Part shown: positions 60,689 through 64,000 of the stretch, piece after piece
Layout of the letters: every line of letters starts with the position of its first letter
How positions within the stretch are numbered: the stretch's first letter is position 1
DNA from: an uncultured Candidatus Rokubacteria bacterium
GTDB taxonomy: Bacteria; Methylomirabilota; Methylomirabilia; Rokubacteriales; CSP1-6
Direction: 5' to 3'
Assembly: GCA_963771355.1 (NCBI GenBank)
Contig: CAVYTA010000007.1
Coordinates: 576,001-640,000 of the forward strand
DNA: 64,000 nucleotides
Made by a program: the position numbers and the translations under genes
The notes under the pieces: generated by a model
Told to the model about the DNA's origin: nothing
What the model saw: the letters and a program-made list of their open reading frames with translations, nothing else
The model's database searches: none

Positions 60689-63600
60689 ATGACCACGAAG
60701 CACGACGCGTTCTCGCTGGACGCCAAGTACACCCAGGAAGACGGCACCGTCTTCCTTTCCGGTATCCAGGCGCTGGTTCGCCTGCCCCTCGATCAGCACC
60801 GAGGCGACCGCCGCCGCGGCCTCCGCACCGCCACCTTCATCTCCGGCTATCGCGGCTCGCCCCTGGGCGGGCTGGACCAGACGCTGGAGCGCTACGCGAA
60901 GCTCTTGACCGAGCACCACGTGGTGTTCTCCTCCGGGCTCAACGAGGATCTGGGCGCCACCGCCGTGTTCGGCAGCCAGATGGTCAATTCCTTCCCGCGG
61001 CCCAAGTACGACGGCGTGCTCGGCATGTGGTACGGCAAGGCCCCTGGGGTGGACCGGACCGGCGACGTGTTCAAGCATGCGAACTACGCGGGGGTGGGGA
61101 AGAACGGCGGCGTGCTGGCCCTGGCCGGCGACGATCCCATCTCCAAGTCGTCCACCTTGCCCAGCCACTCCGAGTGGGCGCTGGCGGACGCCTTCATGCC
61201 CACGCTCTACCCGGGCAACGTGCAGGAGATCCTGGACCTGGGCCTGCACGGCTTCATGCTCTCGCGCGTCTCCGGGCTCTGGGCGGCCCTGAAGATCGTG
61301 ACCAACGTGGCCGACGAGACGGGCACCATCGAGGTCGGGCTCGACCGCGTCCAGCCCGTGATCCCCACCGTGGAGCTGGACGGCAAGCCCTTCCAGCACC
61401 AGATCAACCTGAACATCATCCCGCCCTATGGGCTGGACATGGAGCGCACGCTCCACCTGGCCCGGCTCGAGCTGGCCCGCCGCTACGCGTGGGAGAACAA
61501 GCTCAACCGCATCACGGTGCCCACGCCGGACGCGTGGCTCGGGATCCTCACCACCGGCAAGACCTACTACGACGTGCGCCAGGCTTTCGAGGAGCTGGGC
61601 CTGGACGAGGCCGCCCTCCGCCGCTACGGCGTCCGCATCCTCCAGATGGGGCTCATGTACCCGATGGAGCCGCGCATCATCCGCGAGTTCGCCCGCGGTC
61701 TCGAGGAGATCCTCGTGGTCGAGGAGAAGCGGCCCTTCCTCGAGATGGCGGCCAAGGACGTGCTCTACGGCTGGCCGGATCGGCCGCGGGTGGTGGGCAA
61801 GCAGGACGAGGAGGAGCGCGCGCTCATTCCCTCCACCGGCGAGCTGGATTCCGACACCATCGCGCGCGCGCTGGCCCGGCGGCTGGGGCGGAAGGCGCGC
61901 ATCGAGTCCGTGGAGGCGCGCATCCAGCACCTGGACGAGCTGAAGCGCCGGCCGCGCACGCTCACGCTGGCGCGCACCGCCTTCTTCTGCTCGGGCTGCC
62001 CGCACAACCGCTCCACCGTGGTGCCGGCGGGCGCGGTGGCGGCGGCGGGCATCGGCTGCCACGGCATGGCCATGGGCATGGACCGCGGCATCATCGGCGT
62101 CACCCACATGGGCGGCGAGGGCGCGCAGTGGGTGGGCATCGCGCCCTTCACCGAGACGCCGCACATGTTCCAGAACATCGGCGACGGCACGCTCTTCCAC
62201 TCGGGCAAGCTCGCCATCGACTACGCGGTGGCGGCCGGCGTCAACATCACCTACAAGATTCTCTACAACGCGGCGGTGGCGATGACGGGGGGGCAGACCG
62301 CCGCGGGCGCCATCGGCATCCCCGCCCTCACCCGTCAGCTGCAGGCGGAAGGGGTCAAGAAGATCCTCATCACCACCGACGACCCCGGCAAGTACAAGGG
62401 CGTGCCGGTGGCGGCGGAGGTGTGGCACCGCGACCGGCTCATCGAGGCGCAGTCCCTCCTGGCCGCCACCCCGGGCGTCACCGTGCTCATCCACGACCAG
62501 CAATGCGCGGCGGAGAAGCGGCGGCTGCGGAAGCGCGGGCGTCAGGCCGATCCCGAGCAGCGCGTGTTCATCAACGAGCGAGTCTGCGAGGGCTGCGGCG
62601 ACTGCGGCAAGAAGTCGAACTGCCTCTCGGTGCAGCCGGTGGAGACCGAGTTCGGCCGCAAGACCCAGATCCACCAGTCCTCCTGCAACAAGGACTACTC
62701 CTGCCTGCTCGGCGACTGCCCGTCGTTCCTCACCGTAGAGCACGTGGGCGAGCCGATGAAGAAGGAGAAGCGGCTGCCCGCGCTGGACGCGGAGCTGCCC
62801 GAGCCTACCGTCAAGGTGCGCACCGACGGCTTCGCCGTCCACATGATGGGCATCGGCGGCACCGGGGTGGTGACGGTGAGCCAGATCCTCGGTACCGCGG
62901 CGCTGCTCGACGGGCGGCACGTGCGCGGGCTCGATCAGACGGGACTCAGCCAGAAGGGCGGCCCCGTCGTCTCCGACCTCAAGATCTCGTCGCAGCCCCT
63001 GGTGACCGCCAACAAGGTGTCGGCGGGCGGCTCCGACCTCTACCTGGGCTTCGACCTGCTGGTGGCCACCGATCCCAACAACCTCGACAAGGCGGAGTCG
63101 GGACGCACCGTGGCCGTCGTCTCCACCAGCCAGATCCCCACCGGGCAGATGGTGGTGGACACCGCCGTGCACTTCCCCGAGCTGGCCAGCACCTTGCTCA
63201 ATATCGACCGCGTCACCCGCAAGGACGACAACGTCTACCTGGACGCCCAGGCGATGGCGGAAGGTCTCTTCAACGACCACATGGCGACCAACCCCCTCAT
63301 GCTCGGCGCGGCCTATCAGACGGGGGCGCTCCCGATCTCGGCGGAAAGCATCGAGCGCGCCATCCGCCTCAACGGCGTCTCGGTGGAGATGAACCTCCTC
63401 GCCTTCCGCTGGGGGCGCATGGCGGTGGTCGACGCCAAGCGCGTGGAGGCGGCGGTGCGCACCGCCACCGGCCGCGAGGTGACGCCGATCGCGCTGGACC
63501 CCGACGCCCTCGCCCTGGTCGACTCGATCAAGGCGGCGGCGGCCGGCACCGAGCTGCGGCGCCTGCTCGAGCGGCGCGTGCCCGAGCTGATCGCGTACCA

Positions 63601-64000
63601 GGATCTGCCCTACGCGCGGCGGTACGTGGAGATGGTGGAGAAGGTGGCGCAGGCGGAGATCCAGAAGGTACCGGACCGATCTGGGCTGGCGGAGGCGGTG
63701 GCGCGGAACCTGTTCAAGCTCATGGCCTACAAGGACGAGTACGAGGTGGCCCGGCTGCATCTCGAGGCCACCCTCGAGGCCGAGCTCCGCGCCCGCTTCG
63801 GCGAGCGCATCCGCTACGCGTGGCACCTGCACCCGCCGCTGTTCCGCGCGCTGGGGCTCAAGAAGAAGCTCAAGCTCGGCCCCTGGTTCCGGCCCGTCTT
63901 CCGCGCCCTCTACGCCTTCCGCCGGCTGCGCGGCAGCCCGCTCGACCCCTTCGGCTACGCGGAGGTGCGGCGGGTGGAGCGGGCGCTCGTGGACGAATAC
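60689..64000 (+). CDS. Fused indolepyruvate:ferredoxin oxidoreductase family protein (runs off window end; not in ORF track)
   Basis: FISGYRGSPLGG, WYGKAPGVDR, FCSGCPHNRST, CEGCGDC and KLMAYKDEYEVARL motifs. Confidence 0.92.
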   Translation, partial: MTTKHDAFSLDAKYTQEDGTVFLSGIQALVRLPLDQHRGDRRRGLRTATFISGYRGSPLGGLDQTLERYAKLLTEHHVVFSSGLNEDLGATAVFGSQMVNSFPRPKYDGVLGMWYGKAPGVDRTGDVFKHANYAGVGKNGGVLALAGDDPISKSSTLPSHSEWALADAFMPTLYPGNVQEILDLGLHGFMLSRVSGLWAALKIVTNVADETGTIEVGLDRVQPVIPTVELDGKPFQHQINLNIIPPYGLDMERTLHLARLELARRYAWENKLNRITVPTPDAWLGILTTGKTYYDVRQAFEELGLDEAALRRYGVRILQMGLMYPMEPRIIREFARGLEEILVVEEKRPFLEMAAKDVLYGWPDRPRVVGKQDEEERALIPSTGELDSDTIARALARRLGRKARIESVEARIQHLDELKRRPRTLTLARTAFFCSGCPHNRSTVVPAGAVAAAGIGCHGMAMGMDRGIIGVTHMGGEGAQWVGIAPFTETPHMFQNIGDGTLFHSGKLAIDYAVAAGVNITYKILYNAAVAMTGGQTAAGAIGIPALTRQLQAEGVKKILITTDDPGKYKGVPVAAEVWHRDRLIEAQSLLAATPGVTVLIHDQQCAAEKRRLRKRGRQADPEQRVFINERVCEGCGDCGKKSNCLSVQPVETEFGRKTQIHQSSCNKDYSCLLGDCPSFLTVEHVGEPMKKEKRLPALDAELPEPTVKVRTDGFAVHMMGIGGTGVVTVSQILGTAALLDGRHVRGLDQTGLSQKGGPVVSDLKISSQPLVTANKVSAGGSDLYLGFDLLVATDPNNLDKAESGRTVAVVSTSQIPTGQMVVDTAVHFPELASTLLNIDRVTRKDDNVYLDAQAMAEGLFNDHMATNPLMLGAAYQTGALPISAESIERAIRLNGVSVEMNLLAFRWGRMAVVDAKRVEAAVRTATGREVTPIALDPDALALVDSIKAAAAGTELRRLLERRVPELIAYQDLPYARRYVEMVEKVAQAEIQKVPDRSGLAEAVARNLFKLMAYKDEYEVARLHLEATLEAELRARFGERIRYAWHLHPPLFRALGLKKKLKLGPWFRPVFRALYAFRRLRGSPLDPFGYAEVRRVERALVDEY

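Overview
This is a high-GC bacterial window. The gene style is reminiscent of soil Methylomirabilota/Rokubacteria, but that is an impression only. The flanks are housekeeping-like: on the left TerC, an LLM oxidoreductase, an ATP-grasp ligase, an S9 peptidase and an SDR; on the right an SDR, RluA, YbbPA/TesA, LysE and a fused indolepyruvate:ferredoxin oxidoreductase. Between them (~5.4-54.4 kb) lies a dense signalling and stress-survival cluster. It holds 4 hybrid histidine kinases, a KaiC-like ATPase, a stand-alone HisKA protein, a lone receiver and two paralogous sigma54 enhancer-binding response regulators. Its effector genes include LigD, cyclic beta-1,2-glucan synthase, cardiolipin synthase, class A PBP, bacterioferritin, a metallothionein-like protein, CsbD, 4 BON proteins and many small proteins. 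The main hidden signal is in the intergenic DNA. I found 18 correctly spaced sigma54 -24/-12 promoters (GG-N10-GC) between 14.5 and 52.5 kb, each pointing into a gene, many in divergent pairs. They are accompanied by a recurring GGTA-N5-TACC-like candidate enhancer, often tandem, roughly 55-120 bp upstream. Together these suggest a self-contained sigma54-driven general-stress/dormancy regulon. About 9 apparent frameshifts are mostly +1 insertions in short G/C runs and are probably sequencing errors.
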